DNA of 64,000 nucleotides from Octopus sinensis. Taxonomy: Eukaryota. Positions within the stretch are counted from its first letter, which is position 1. Every line of letters begins with the position of its first letter. A program made the translations under genes and the position numbers. Below are positions 23,765-36,637 of this stretch, one piece after another. The notes under the pieces were generated by a model. It made no database searches and was not told the DNA's origin. It saw only the letters and a list, made by a program, of their open reading frames with translations. The DNA lies in NCBI RefSeq assembly GCF_006345805.1, contig NC_043018.1, forward strand, positions 26,598,001 to 26,662,000, read 5' to 3'.

Positions 23765-24219
23765 TATATATATATATATATTTATGTGTGTGTCTTTGTG
23801 CATGTGTTGTCTCCCAATCACCACTTGACAGCCAGTGTTGATGTGTTTATGTCCCCATAACTTAGCAGTCCGGCCTCAGAGACTGATAGAATAAATACTA
23901 AGCTTAAGAAATAAGTCCTGGGGGGTCGAACCCGTCAAGACGGTGCTCCAGCATGGCCGCAGTCAAATCGCTGAAACAAGTAAAAGAATAAACCAATGCT
24001 AGCTATCAAGTAGTGGTGAAAAGAAACAAACACATACATATCACACATTGGTATATCAGCAGAATTGATATCCCAAAGTCAAGGGGTCACATAAGGAGCA
24101 GTAATGTGGGTGCTGCTGCCATGTAAAAAGCACCTTCCATCCATGACTAACCAGCAGAGAAGAGAAGAAAAAAAAGTGAACACAGCATGCAACAGAAGAA
24201 TATGTAATATATATCTTAC

Positions 24220-24353
24220 TGTGTAAGAAGGAGTACGTAGCTTGTGGTAAGAGAAAGCCTTTTCGGAGACGTCTTCGCTTAAAGACTTCACATCAAATTT
24301 ATAGGTCGGTTGGAAACTGATTCTTCCTTCTTGGAATCCTTTGAATATTTTCC
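24220..24353 (-). CDS. INPP5E: INPP5E coding exon 8 (G-KIFKGFQEGRISFQPTYKFD...RTPSYT)
   Basis: F.GF.E..I.F.PTYKFD and RTPSYT; phases 1/0. Confidence 0.97.
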
Positions 24354-24440
24354 CTGAAACAAACACAAAACAATAATTAATATAATTACAACATCATCAA
24401 GTGTTTAAACACTATTTTCAGTGTTAGAGAATGAGATTAA

Positions 24441-24654
24441 CCCTTTTGTTACCAACCTGGCTGAAAGCGGTTCTGAGTACAAATGTCTTGTTTTCATAAG
24501 TTTTGAATAAAAATCTCTCACCAAACCTTAGTCACAATTTATATTCCTAACACTAGCTTAATGATAACTAAGTTATTTTGCTAAATTCTTTGTAATAGTT
24601 AAAGTAATTGTAAGAAATACAGAGCATCTCAAAATAAATACAGTAACGAAAGGG
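24441..24654. mobile_element. 214-bp piggyBac-type MITE, copy 1
   Basis: TTAA TSDs (24437-24440, 24655-24658); TIR CCCTTTTGTTAC / GTAACGAAAGGG; same-length copy at 43668-43881. Confidence 0.9.
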
Positions 24655-24689
24655 TTAACCTTGTAAGTTTCATGGCAGTATTATCTAAG

Positions 24690-24880
24690 GTGCATGGCTC
24701 AGTGGTTAGAGTATTGAGCTCACAGTCATGAGGTTGTGAGTTTAATTCCAGGACCGGGCTGTGTGTTGTGTTCTTGAGCAAGACGCTTTATTTTTCACGT
24801 TGCTCCAGATCACTCAGCTGTAGAAATGAGTTGCTACGTCACTGGTGCCAAGCTGTAGCAGCCTTTGCTTTTCCCTTGGA
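24690..24880 (+). mobile_element. tRNA-derived SINE with CORE/V-like body
   Basis: A box TGGCTCAGTGG, degenerate B box, TTGAGCAAGAC core; related inverted pieces near 520-640, 34200-34330 and 42330-42430. Confidence 0.6.
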
Positions 24881-25486
24881 GAGGAGAGGCTGGTAATGTA
24901 GGGGTCACTTTGTTTAGCTAAATCTTTCAAGGCAGTGCTCCAGTATGACAAGAAACAAGAAAAGGGGATGTTTTTAATAGACAACCGCAACCTCAGCTTG
25001 TTTGGGAATCTGACTTTGGTATGTAATTCACCATGGCACATCACTGGCCAGAACAGAGCAACAGAATAAGGGGCGAAAAGGAATAATAAAAATTAAAACA
25101 AAACAAAAATGAAAAAAAGGCATCATAGGGGTGATGCATACCCTGCGCTCACACAAGGATAGAATTAAATTTAATTTAATAAATATATTCTCAGACAAAT
25201 TCATATTTCAACAAAATGACATCAAGAGTTATTTCCCCTGCTTATCGTTTATGCATATGTAACAAAGAAAAGCAAAATACTTTGATTTACCCATCTGCCA
25301 GTTTTAAAGATAATCCAACCAAACTTTAATGAGGTTGAGGCACTCACCTGAGGAGTATTTCTGTCAAATTTGGTGAAAATCTCTTCAGCAGTTTTACAGT
25401 AATTTTGAAAACACACAAAGACAAGTGACTACAATATCCTGCTTTTGCATGCAGGGTAACAAGCAAAGAAAAACGAAAAAACATAC

Positions 25487-25657
25487 CTTCATTGAGAAGC
25501 CCCATTAGTTGATCACTTTGAAGAATTTTTTCAAAATTTGGTCTTGGCCTGGCGTCGTCCTTCACCACCATTTCCTCTAACAACGGACACTTTGTTCCAT
25601 TGATGCGAAAGTTGAAATCACCCATCCAAAAGACAGAATCATATCGAGATGTAACAT
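25487..25657 (-). CDS. INPP5E: INPP5E coding exon 7 (D-VTSRYDSVFWMGDFNFRI...QSDQLMGLLNE)
   Basis: Catalytic motif 1 FWMGDFNFR and DQL; phases 1/1. Confidence 0.97.
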
Positions 25658-26349
25658 CTACAAGGAAAAAGGAAACAGATAACACACACACACACAAAAA
25701 AAAACAAAGGTTAAAAGGTTACGATGTGTAGGTGGGAGTATGTGTGTATGTGCATCCATGATCATAGGTAATAGGTAGGTGGCTGTGTGGTAAGAAATTT
25801 GCTTCCCAACCACATGGTTCCAGGTTCGGTCCTACTGCATGGCATCCTGGACAAGTGTCTTCTACCATAACCACGGGTCAACCAAAGCCTTGTGAGTGAA
25901 TTTGGTAGATGGAAACTGAAAGAAATCCATTGTCTGTATGTGTGTGGAGGTATGGTAAGATGCTTGTTTCCCAACCACATGGTTCCAGGTTCAGTTTCAC
26001 TGCATGGCCCCTTAGGCAAGTGTCTTCTACTATAGCCTTGGGCTGACCAGAGCCTTGTGAGTGGCTTTGGTAGACGGAAACTGAAAGAAGCCCGTCATAT
26101 ATGCATACATTTGTGTTTGTTCCTCACTACTGTTTGACAACTGGTGTTGCTTCGTTTATGTCCCTGTAACTTAATAGTTTGGCAAAAGAGACCGATAGAG
26201 TAAGCACTACAATAATAAAAAAAGTGCTGGAGTCGATTCCCTTGGTAAAACCCTCCAAGGTGTTGGTTGCCCCAGCATGGCCAGAGTCCAATGACTGAAA
26301 CAAAAAAAAAAAATATGCAAAGAAAGCAAGAAAGGGGGTAGCACTGTAC

Positions 26350-26445
26350 CTTTACTGCCACTGAGCTGGGACCCTTTTGGCAATCTCAAGTCACGGATGG
26401 TCTTCTCATAGTCGCTCATGCGATCAGCCATCTTTTGGTAGGATG
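26350..26445 (-). CDS. INPP5E: INPP5E coding exon 6 (A-SYQKMADRMSDYEKTIRDLRLPKGSQLSGSK)
   Basis: R..DY..T...L.LP motif; TAG acceptor, GTACAG donor; phases 1/1. Confidence 0.92.
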
Positions 26446-26990
26446 CTACAATGTAAACAACGCAAAACGAAATTTCTTAATATTCTTAAGATAAAAAGAT
26501 CTAATTATCATCATCATCGTTTAACGTCTGCTTTCCATGCTGGCATGGGTTGGATGGTTTGACTGAAGACTGGCAAGCCAGTAGGCTGCACCTGGCTCCA
26601 ATCTGATATAATAATTTAATAATAATAATAATCCTTTCTGTTAAAGGCACAAGGCCTGAAATTATGGGGGAGGGGAACTAGTCAAATGCATTGGCCCAGT
26701 GTTTCATGGGTGCTAAATTTATCGACCCTGAAAGGATGAAAGGACAAAGTCAACCTCGGTGGAATTTGAACTCTGAAGGTAAGGACGGACGGATGAAATG
26801 TTGCTAAGCATTTTGCCCAGTGTGCTCATGATTCTGCAAGCTTCCCGCCTCATAATAGTAATAATCTTTCCTACAATAGGAAAGGCGCAGGAGTGGCTGT
26901 GTGGTAAGTAGCTTCTACTATAGCCTTGGGCCAACCAAAGCCTTGTGAGTGGATTTGGCAGACGGAAACTGAAAGAAGCCCATCGTATAA

Positions 26991-27031
<41 letters not shown>

Positions 27032-27698
27032 CTTGTGTCTGTGTTTGTCCCCCTAGCATTGCTTGACAACCGATGCTGGTGTGTTTATGTCCCCCGTTAC
27101 TTAGCGGTTCGGCAAAAGAAACCGATAGAATAAGTAATGGGCTTACGAAAGAATAAGTCCCGGGGTCGAGTTGCTCGATTAAAGGCGGTGCTCCAGCATG
27201 GCCGCAGTCAAATGACTGTGGGGAAAGGGATAGTCGATTACATTGACCCCCAGCACTTGACTGGTTCTTAATTGATTGACCTTGAAAGGATGAAAGGCAA
27301 TGTTGTTGTAATTTAGCCCCAGGAGGTATCATCTCCAGCTGGCTTATACGACACGATTTGTGTCCTTATATTTTCAAACAATGGAATCTAGCACCCCCCC
27401 ACTCAGCTCAAACAATATCTGTGTATTGCGATTCTGGGTTATTTCCCTAGTTAGAAAATATAAGGACACAGATCATGTTGTATAGCCAGCTGGAGACGAT
27501 GCCTCCTGGGGCTAAATTACAGCAACATTCGTCCTAACCAGGACTGTCATGTTATGTTGGCAAACAGTCTTTACTCCAAAGTACTGTTGCTGAATATCTC
27601 ATGTTATGAGATTTAAAAATAGTAATTTTCTACATTAAGGTTACACGTTAATTTCATGAGCAGGCTGTTCCGTTGATCGAATCAAATGAAACACATAT

Positions 27699-27892
27699 TC
27701 TTTACTCTTTTACTTGTTTCAGTCATTTGACTGCGGCCATGCTGGAGCACCACCTTTAATCGAGCAACTCGACCCCGGGACTTATTCTTTTGTAAGCCCA
27801 GTACTTATTCTATCGGTCTCTTTTGTCGAACCGCTAAGTAACGGGGACATAAACACACCAGCATCGGTTGTCAAGCGATGCTAGGGGGACAA

Positions 27893-27939
<47 letters not shown>

Positions 27940-28105
27940 TACGACGGGCTTCTTTCAGTTTCCGTCTACCAAATCCACTCACAAGGCTTTGGTCGGCCCG
28001 GGGCTATAATAGAAGACGCTTGCCCAAGGTGCCAGGAAGTGGGAATGAACCCGGAACCATGTGGTTGGTAAACAAGCTACTTACCACACAGCCACTCCTG
28101 CGCCT
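27699..28105 (-). mobile_element. Full-length ~400-bp tRNA-derived SINE family A (central (TA)n/(TG)n)
   Basis: Head GGCGCAGGAGTGGCTGTGTGGTAAG, B box GGTTCAGTCCC, CCTTGGGCAAGT core, tail (AAAGAGT)n. Many copies in the window, e.g. 13100-13465, 21298-21667, 31817-32330, 36400-36830, 39050-39433, 63396-63975. Confidence 0.9.
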
Positions 28106-28244
28106 ATTTGTCATAACTGATGGAATGCTTGGTCACATGCTGCATTTTATAGATCCTGTGCTTCAAGATCCACTGTCCCAAAACAAGAATTAGTTCACAC
28201 TTGCAAAAGCTTCTAAGATTCTTATGACTTCGACAATATATATA

Positions 28245-28406
28245 GGCGCAGGAGTGGCTGTGTGGTAAGTAGCTTGCTAACCAACCACATGGTTCCGGGT
28301 TCAGTCCCACTGCGTGGCATCTTGGGCAAGTGTCTTCTGCTATAGCCTCGGGCCGACCAAAACCTTGTGAGTGGATTTGGTAGACGGAAACTGAAAGAAG
28401 CCTGTC

Positions 28407-28446
<40 letters not shown>

Positions 28447-28640
28447 TTGTGTTTGTCCCTCTAGCATTGCTTGACAACCGATGCTGGTGTGTTTACATCC
28501 CCGTCACTTAGCGGTTCGGCAAAAGAGACCAATAGAATAAGTACTGGGCTTACAAAAGAATAAGTCCCGGGGTCGATTTGCTCGACTAAAGGCGGTGCTC
28601 CAGCATGGCCGCAGTCAAATGACTGAAACAAGTAAAAGAG
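28245..28640 (+). mobile_element. Full-length SINE family A, head-to-head with the 27699-28105 copy
   Basis: Same diagnostic head, core and tail. Confidence 0.9.
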
Positions 28641-28644
28641 GAAA

Positions 28645-28680
<36 letters not shown>

Positions 28681-28690
28681 ATATGAAGTA

Positions 28691-28900
28691 AAGGTGCTGT
28701 AAAGTTTCTGGCTTTAGGTAAAAGAAAATACAGGGGGATGAGTTAATTACGATTTTATTTAACATATCACCCTCTCAGAGTCCCACACTTATTGCAGCAG
28801 ACCTTTAGTTTTACTAAGCTCGGTAAAAGAACTTGGAAAGTTGGGCCTCCAAACAGGCCTTTCGCAATAGCCTTAAAGCCAGCAACTTTTCAGCACCCTT
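28691..28900. mobile_element. Mariner-type MITE (~210 bp)
   Basis: Inverted ends AGGTGCTGTAAAGTTTCTGGCTTT / AAAGCCAGCAACTTTTCAGCACCCT; related copy in opposite orientation at ~48695-48915. Confidence 0.6.
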
Positions 28901-28903
28901 TCC

Positions 28904-28957
<54 letters not shown>

Positions 28958-29190
28958 ATAGGCTATCATCTGTGTAAGTTTGTGTGCATGTATATATATA
29001 TATATATATATATATAACTGCAGGAGTGGCTGTATGGTAAGTAGCTTGCTTACCAACCATATGTTTCCGGGTTCATTCCCACAGTGTGGCACCTTGCGCA
29101 AGTGTCTTCTACTATAGCCTCGGGCCAACCAAAGCCTTGTCAGTGGATTTGGTAGACAGAAACTGAAGGACACCGTCGTATGTATGTATG

Positions 29191-29235
<45 letters not shown>

Positions 29236-29494
29236 ATATGTTTGTGTGTCTGAGGTTGTGCCTGTAACTTAGCGGTTCAGCAAAAGAGACCAATAGAATA
29301 AGTACTAGGCTTACAAAGAATAAGTCCTGGGGTCGATTTACTCAACTAAAGGCGGTACTCCAGCATGGCCGCAGTCAAAACAAGTAAAAGAGTAAATATA
29401 TACACACACACACACACAGACATAGACACACATACACATATAACAGGTAATAATCTGTTTTATGTAAGCTTTCCTAATAAATCAAGGTATTTAC

Positions 29495-29614
29495 CTGTGA
29501 AATGAGAAATGATGAAAAGCATGGAGGTACCAAAAAATGTCAGCGCCACGGCAACAGATCCTTTTGTTTTAATCATAGTGACAGCTCTTGTGGTGATGGA
29601 GTCTTCTTCAGGTA
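29495..29614 (-). CDS. INPP5E: INPP5E coding exon 5 (I-PEEDSITTRAVTMIKTKGSVAVALTFFGTSMLFIISHFT)
   Basis: KTKG..A....FFGTS.LFI.SHF motif; phases 1/1. Confidence 0.96.
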
Positions 29615-30722
29615 CTGACAAGAACGAACAAGGAAATGCGACATGAACGACAAATGTGGAAAAATAACAAAAAAGAAAAGAAAGACAAGAATTAAATTCT
29701 TCAACAGCTACAGATTGATGATAAACACCTTGTAAGGCAACTCAGCAGTGTTGGGACCTCGTTAATGTTATTTCAGGGAATCAGGGAATGAGATGTCATC
29801 GTCATCGTTTAACGTCCGCTTTCCATGCTAGCATGGGTTGGACGATTTTGACTGAGGGCTGGCGAACCAGATGGCTGCACCAGGCTCCAATCTTGATCTG
29901 GCAGAGTTTCTACAGCTTGATGCCCTTCCTAACGCCAACCACTCTGAGAGTGTAGCGGGTGCTTTTTACATGCCACCGGCACAGGGGCCATTTAGGCGCT
30001 ACTGGCAATGACCGCTCAAATCTTTTTACACATGCCACCGGCACAGGTGCCAGTAAGGCGACATGAGAACCTTAATTAGGAAAGTTTCTACTCGCTGGTT
30101 ATCAGAATGAATTGGTTGAGCATGACTGGATGGATGGATTCTGATGATCTGGTTTGGCTGACAAATATACCCAAAAGGGGCCAATAATAATTAGACAGCG
30201 TTATTATACAAGAGGAAGGAGACGTGAAAAAAACAATCAATAATCCTTTTTACTACACAAGGCCCGAAATTTTGTGGGGGAGAGGGGGGTAGTTGATTAC
30301 ATTAAACCCCAGTGCACAACTGGGACGTGAAAAACAACTAATAATCCTTTTTACTACACAAGGGCCGAAATTATTGATCCCAGAAAGATGAAAGGCAAAG
30401 TCAACCTCACTGGATTTTGAACTCAGGATGTAAGGACAGACAAGATACCTCTAAGCGTTTTGCCCAGCATACTAATGATTCTGCCAGCTTGTTGCATTTT
30501 AATAATCATAATAATTATTATTTTAAATTTTTTCCATACAGGTAGCTTGGGGGAAGAGTTGATTACATAGACCCCACTATTCAATTGGTACTTATTTTAG
30601 TGACCCCGAAAGGATGAAAGGTAAAGTCAACCCCTGTGGAATTTGAACTCGGAATGTAAAAGCAGCAGAAATGCTGCTAAGTAATTTCTCTAGCATGCTA
30701 ATGATTCAGTCATCTTGCCATC

Positions 30723-30756
<34 letters not shown>

Positions 30757-31039
30757 TAATAATATTCCTTTCTACTATAGGCACAAGGCCAGAAATTTTG
30801 GGGGGAGGGGACCAGTCAATTACATCGACCCCAGTGTTTCACTTAATTTAGCCACCCCAAAAGGATGAAAGGCAAAGTCAACCTTGGTGGGATTTAAACT
30901 CAGTGTATAGTGACAGGCTAAATGCAGCTAAATATTACATCCAACGTGCTAACGATTCTGCCAGCTTGCTGCCTTCTTAATAATAATAAATAATAAAAGC
31001 AGGCTTGAACAAAAAAGAAAAATGACAAAGGACACATAC

Positions 31040-31164
31040 TTGAACAGAACCAGATAAGGTCCCTCCGCATGAAGATAGCAATGTGTAGAGAACCAAGAGA
31101 TGCTGAGTGGAAAAGAACGTAAGAGGGGCCGAGAGTTTCTTGTAAAGTTATTTCCCATTGCCTC
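31040..31164 (-). CDS. INPP5E: INPP5E coding exon 4 ([20 protein letters not shown]...RRDLIWFCS)
   Basis: INPP5E-typical LQETLGP and RRDLIWFCS; phases 2/1. Confidence 0.96.
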
Positions 31165-31984
31165 CTGAAAATAAAACACAACAAATTTAACGCACCTTCA
31201 TTGGAGAATGTCACTCTTATTCACTCTATATATATATAGATAAAAAATCTACAGATGGAGAACATATTACCACCACATTCTTAATGATGAAATTAACCTC
31301 TCTGTCTATATATCTACCCTCTTTGTAATGTTGGCAAATGAAATAAGTATAAAAATATACATTGTCCATTTAATTAAAAAATTCTATATGTGGCTGAAGA
31401 CTGCTCGACATTTTAAAACTGATGTAATACTTACAGTGTTTAATAAAATGAAGTAGCATGAAACGATTGCACTAAACTACCTTGGATATCCTTGTTGCTT
31501 ATTTTGATTATAATCACCCCATTTGATTTATATGGATAATTACCATACAATATTCTAGTGCCTTTAACTTAAGTACCATATTCATCTGAATCTAAATTTT
31601 GCTGAACTTATATATATATACATATATATACACACACATATCTAATGTATACAAATTAATTTTTTAATTAATCAACATATTAACCAATAATTGTTTCATT
31701 TCTCAAATAAGATTAAAATTACAAAACATATATAAAAATATAATTTTGCATTTTAAATACCTTATAAGGAAAATCATCAGGGTTATCAGAGGGCAATGAA
31801 GATTACATTAGGATAGGTGCAAGAGTGGCTGTGTGGTAAGTAGCTTGCTTACCGACCACATGGTTCATGGTTCAGTCCCACGGTGTGGCACCTTGGGCAA
31901 GTCTTTTCTTCTATAGCCTCAGGCTGACCAAAGACTTGTGAGTGGATTTGGCAGACAGAAACTGAAAGAAGCCCGTTGTATATA

Positions 31985-32031
<47 letters not shown>

Positions 32032-33127
32032 TCATCATCATCATCATTTAACGTCCGCTTTCCATGCTAGCATATATATATATATATATATATATGTGTA
32101 TGTATGTATGAGTGTATATATGTTTGTGTGTTTGTGTTCCCCTCCTCAACATCGCTTGACAACCGATGCTAGTGTGTTTACATCCCCGTGACTTAGCGGT
32201 TCGGCAAAAGAGACCGATAGAATAAGTACTAGGCTTACAAAGAATAAGTCCTGGGGTCGATTTCTTCAACTAAAAGTGGTGCTCCAGCATGGCCACAGTG
32301 AAATGACTGAAACAAGTAAAAGAGTAAAGAGTATACTTTCAGAATATAAACATGTTTATCAACCAGACTGGCCCTCATGCCGGTGGCACGTAAAAGCACC
32401 CACTACACTCTCGGAGTAGTTGGCATTAAGAAGGGCATCAACCCGTAGAAACTTTTTCGGATCAAACTGAGCCTGGTGCAGCCTCTGGCTCACCAGTCCT
32501 CAGTCAAACCGTCCGACCCATGCCAGCATGGAAAGCGGACATATAACAATGATGATGACAATGAACTTCATTAGCTTAAAGCTGTTTCTGCTACAAGGTG
32601 ATACACAAGCACTCAGCTCTGAGTGCTTGCATCTATAGCAGAAACAGCTGTAAGCCAATGCTGTTCATTACATAATTTATTGTTCCTTTGTCATTTATTG
32701 AATTTCTTATATATATATATATGTTGGTACCATGTTAAAAGCACCGAGGACACACTGTAAAGTGGTTGAACTTAGGAAGGGCATCAAACTGCAGAAACCA
32801 AATCAATTCAGATTAGAACCTGGTGCAGCTCTCCTGCTTGCCAGCTCTGGTCAAACTGTCCAACCCATGCCAGCATGGAAAATGGACATTTGATTACGAT
32901 GGTGATGATATACATATATATATAATAAGCTTCTATCAACCAAATCTACTCACAAGGCTTTGGTCAGCCCAAGGCATTTTCCTAAGGTGCCATGCAGTGG
33001 TATTGAACCTAGAACCATGTGGTTGCAAAGCAAGCTTCTTACCTGTTGATATTTTTATTTTATCGCAGAATAGAACAAATCCAAACTATATCAAAAAGAT
33101 TTTTTTTCTTTTGTATAACCAACTTAC

Positions 33128-33228
33128 TTATTGAGAGCATTTTCTTGTGTTCCAATAACATATATATCTTGGACCAATTCACAGGATTCCGGTAAAATGA
33201 AATCTTCTAAATTACGGGTTGTAATATC
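33128..33228 (-). CDS. INPP5E: INPP5E coding exon 3 (DITTRNLEDFILPESCELVQDIYVIGTQENALN-K)
   Basis: QDIYVIGTQE motif; TTTCAG acceptor, GTAAGT donor; phases 0/2. Confidence 0.95.
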
Positions 33229-33399
33229 CTGAAAAAGAGTAATAGCTCGTTATTAATTAATACTGAAAGATAATTCCTTCTTATTGATGATAATGGTAGA
33301 AAAAAAAGATATCCTCAAACAGCAATGGTCAAATATTGATTTCAAATTTTGGCATAAGGCCAGCAATTGTGGTGGTCAAGATGGGTAGGGGGAGCATGA

Positions 33400-33967
33400 C
33401 CTTTGAATGTTGGGCCTCACAGAGACAATGACAAAAGACCGAGACCTCTGGAGGTATGCCGTGACTGAGAAGACCCGGCAAATAAAAGGAGTCCACAGCT
33501 GTAACCTACATCAGTGTCGCATAACCAGCCCACTAAAAAGTACCTTGGATCATAGGGCAACATACTGTGCTTGAGGAGACCTATTGAGTCAAGTACGTCA
33601 ACATCAACAGCAATATCAAAATCAAATCAAATGGAAATTGTAGTTGAGAGCCCCATGCCGGTAGCATGTAAAAAGTACCATCCGAACGTGGTTGATGCCA
33701 GTTCCACTTTGACTGGCTTCCATGCCAGTGGCACATAAAAAGCACCATCTGATCGTGGTCAATGCCAGTTCCTCTGGCCCCTATGCTGGTGGCATGTAAA
33801 AAGCACCCACTACACTCCCGGAGTGGTTGGCATTAGGGAAGGCATCCAGCTGTAGAAACACTGCCAGATCAGATTGAGGCCTGGTGCAGCCTCCTGGCTT
33901 CTTAAACCCCAGTCAAACCATCCAACCCATGCCAGCATGAAAAACGGACTTTAACCTATGATGATAT
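33400..33967 (+). mobile_element. RTE LINE 3' end: ORF C-terminus + 3' UTR + (GAT)n tail
   Basis: LGLTETMTKDRDLWRYAVTEKT, followed by the abundant ...CCAACCCATGCCAGCATGGAAAACGGACGTTAAAC(GAT)n sequence. Confidence 0.8.
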
Positions 33968-34339
33968 ATATACATATATATGACAGGCTTCTTTCCATTT
34001 CCATTTACCAAATCCATTCACAAGGCTTTGGTTGGCTCCAAAGCTATAGTAGAAGACACTTGCCCAAGGTGCCATGCATTGGGACTGAACTCGGAACCGT
34101 GTGGTTGGGAAGCAAGCTTCTTACTACACAGCCACGCCTGCCCCTATTCTTCCCCTCGACTGGATGTCCGTTTGTCACAGAATAACTCCTTTTTGCCTGC
34201 TGAACAGACTGGAGCAACATGAAATGAAGTGTTTTGCTGAAGAACACAACACGTTGACCAGTCCTGGAATCGAAACCGCCATCTTACCGATCACTAGTGC
34301 AATACCCTAACTACTAAGCCATGTGCCTCCAACCCAACC

Positions 34340-34890
34340 ACCACCACCACCATAACAAACATCACTGTTGTCACCATCACAATCGCCACCACTCTCTACC
34401 AGCACCACTGCTGCCACTACCATCACTAGAACCATTACAACCACTACTGCCATGACCAACACCACAACCACTGATGTCACCATCACAATCACCACCACCA
34501 CTACTTATTTCTTTACTACCCACAAGGGGCTAAACACAGAGGGGACAAACAAGGACAGACAGACGGATGAAGTCGATTATATCGACCTCAGTGCATAACT
34601 GGTACTTAATCGACCCCAAAAGGATAAAAGGCAAAGTCAACCATGGCGGAATTTGAACTCAGAACGTAGCAGCAGACGAAAGACCACTAAGCATTTTGCC
34701 TGGCATACTAACATTTCTGCCACTACCATCACAACCACTACTACCACAGCCAACACCACAACCAATGATGTCACCACCACAATCACCACTACCATCATCA
34801 CCACTGCCATGACCAACACCACAACCACTGCTGAGCCCATCACATCTGCCACCACCATCACCACCAACAACAACAACAACAACAATGACA
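34340..34890. repeat. (ACC/ACT)-rich minisatellite interrupted by a SINE (34505-34720)
   Basis: Thr-like triplet repeat with ~45-nt higher-order units on both sides of the SINE. Confidence 0.85.
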
Positions 34891-34969
34891 AAAGCAACTC
34901 CACTGCTACATGTTGTAGCAAAGGAGTTTCAGGACATCAAAGAAGTTTTACCACAATTCTCAAACTTAC

Positions 34970-35093
34970 TTTAGATTCCCCCATGTTCCATGAACCGATG
35001 AAAAGCTTCACTTTACGATTAGGGAAGTAGCGCTGAAGTTCTTCATTACCAAGCAAAGAAGTTCCAGAGTTTATGTTTCCAAAGAGAAAACTC
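34970..35093 (-). CDS. INPP5E: INPP5E coding exon 2 (SFLFGNINSGTSLLGNEELQRYFPNRKVKLFIGSWNMGESK)
   Basis: RYFPNR..F.GSWNM start of the catalytic domain; AG acceptor 35094-35095; GTAAGT donor. Confidence 0.95.
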
Positions 35094-35346
35094 CTTCAAG
35101 AAAAAAAATAAAAGAAAGAAATTTTAATCAAAATTTAAATAATAAAAATTTGATTGAGAACACACTTTTGTTTTCCCCCCCAAAGTAATAGGCACATGAA
35201 TGGCTGTGTGGAAAGAAGCTTGCTTCTTAACCACATGGTTCCTGGTTCAGTCCCACTGCATAGCACCTTGGGCAAGTGTCTTCTACTATAGCCTCGGGCC
35301 AACCAAAGCCTTGTGAGTGAATTTGGTAGACAGAAACTGAAAGAAG

Positions 35347-35388
<42 letters not shown>

Positions 35389-36570
35389 TGTGTGTGTGTG
35401 TGTATATATATATGTGTGTGTGTGTGTATGTGTGTGTATGTATGTGTGTGTCATTGTTAAAATATGGTTTAAATATAGGAGGCATAAGATAGCAGGGTGT
35501 GACACTATAAGAGATTCAGCTGTTATTTCTAGCAGATCAAAGGACTGCACAGACTCATGATTCTAAAACAGTTTACTGCAGCTTTTAAGAAATATAATTT
35601 CAAACCTTATCATCATCCAGTGTTTTAAATCCGGGTTTTGTCCCTGTTAAAGGGGGTGGCTGGATCTACCTCAATGCCATAGCAACTGAGGAAAGCCAGT
35701 GCAGCCCACCCTAACCTTTGGGCTGGCTGGTGCCCATTCTCTTTGCTATCATGAGGCTTTTTTGGAGCTGGATTTTCTATGGGGAGCATGCCCTTGCTTA
35801 CCCTCAACTTCTGTTTCTAGACATGAGTGGTCCCGAGACCAAGAACTCTACCATGATTTTTAAGAAATGTGGTGGAAAACTAGCTCAAGAAGGTAGGGAT
35901 TCTACTCCCTGAGACCCCTTTTGGAGCACCCCTACCCATAAAAATCCATATTAACACCTAAGCATCTTAATCAACATGCTATTCCTAATTTTACTATAGT
36001 TGTGTGGTAAGATGTTTGCTTTCCAGCATCGTGGTACCAGGTTCAGTCCCACTGCATGGCACCTTGAGCAAATAAGTGTTTTTTTCCTGCAGCCTTGAGC
36101 CATACGAAGCCTTGCAAGTAGATTTGGTAGTTGCAAACTGAAAGAAGCCCCCTCGTATGGATGTGTGTGTGTGTGTATTTGTCCCCCACCACTTGACAAC
36201 CAGTGTTGGTTTGTTTACATCCCTGTAACTTAGAGGTTCAGCAAAAAGAGACCAATAGAATAAGTACCAGACATGGAAAAAAAAAAAAGAGTACTAGGGC
36301 CGATTCGTTTGACTAAAAACTTCTTCAAGGCAGTGCCCCAGCATGGCCGTAATGTAATAACTAAAACGAGTAAAATAAAAAAAAAGAAATATATATATAG
36401 GCGCAGCAGTGGCTGTGTGGTAAGTAGCTTGCTTACCAACCACATGGTTCCGGGTTCAATCCCACTGCGTAGCATCTTGGGCAAGTGTTTTCTGCTATAG
36501 CCCCGGGCCAACCAATTCCTTGTGAGTGGATTTGGTAGATGAAAACTGAAAGAAGCCTGTCATATATATG

Positions 36571-36637
<67 letters not shown>

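Noticed and set aside
34307-35030. Mucin-like Thr-rich ORFs
   Set aside because: ACC-rich intronic minisatellite interrupted by a SINE; the only real exon nearby is INPP5E 34970-35093 on the - strand.
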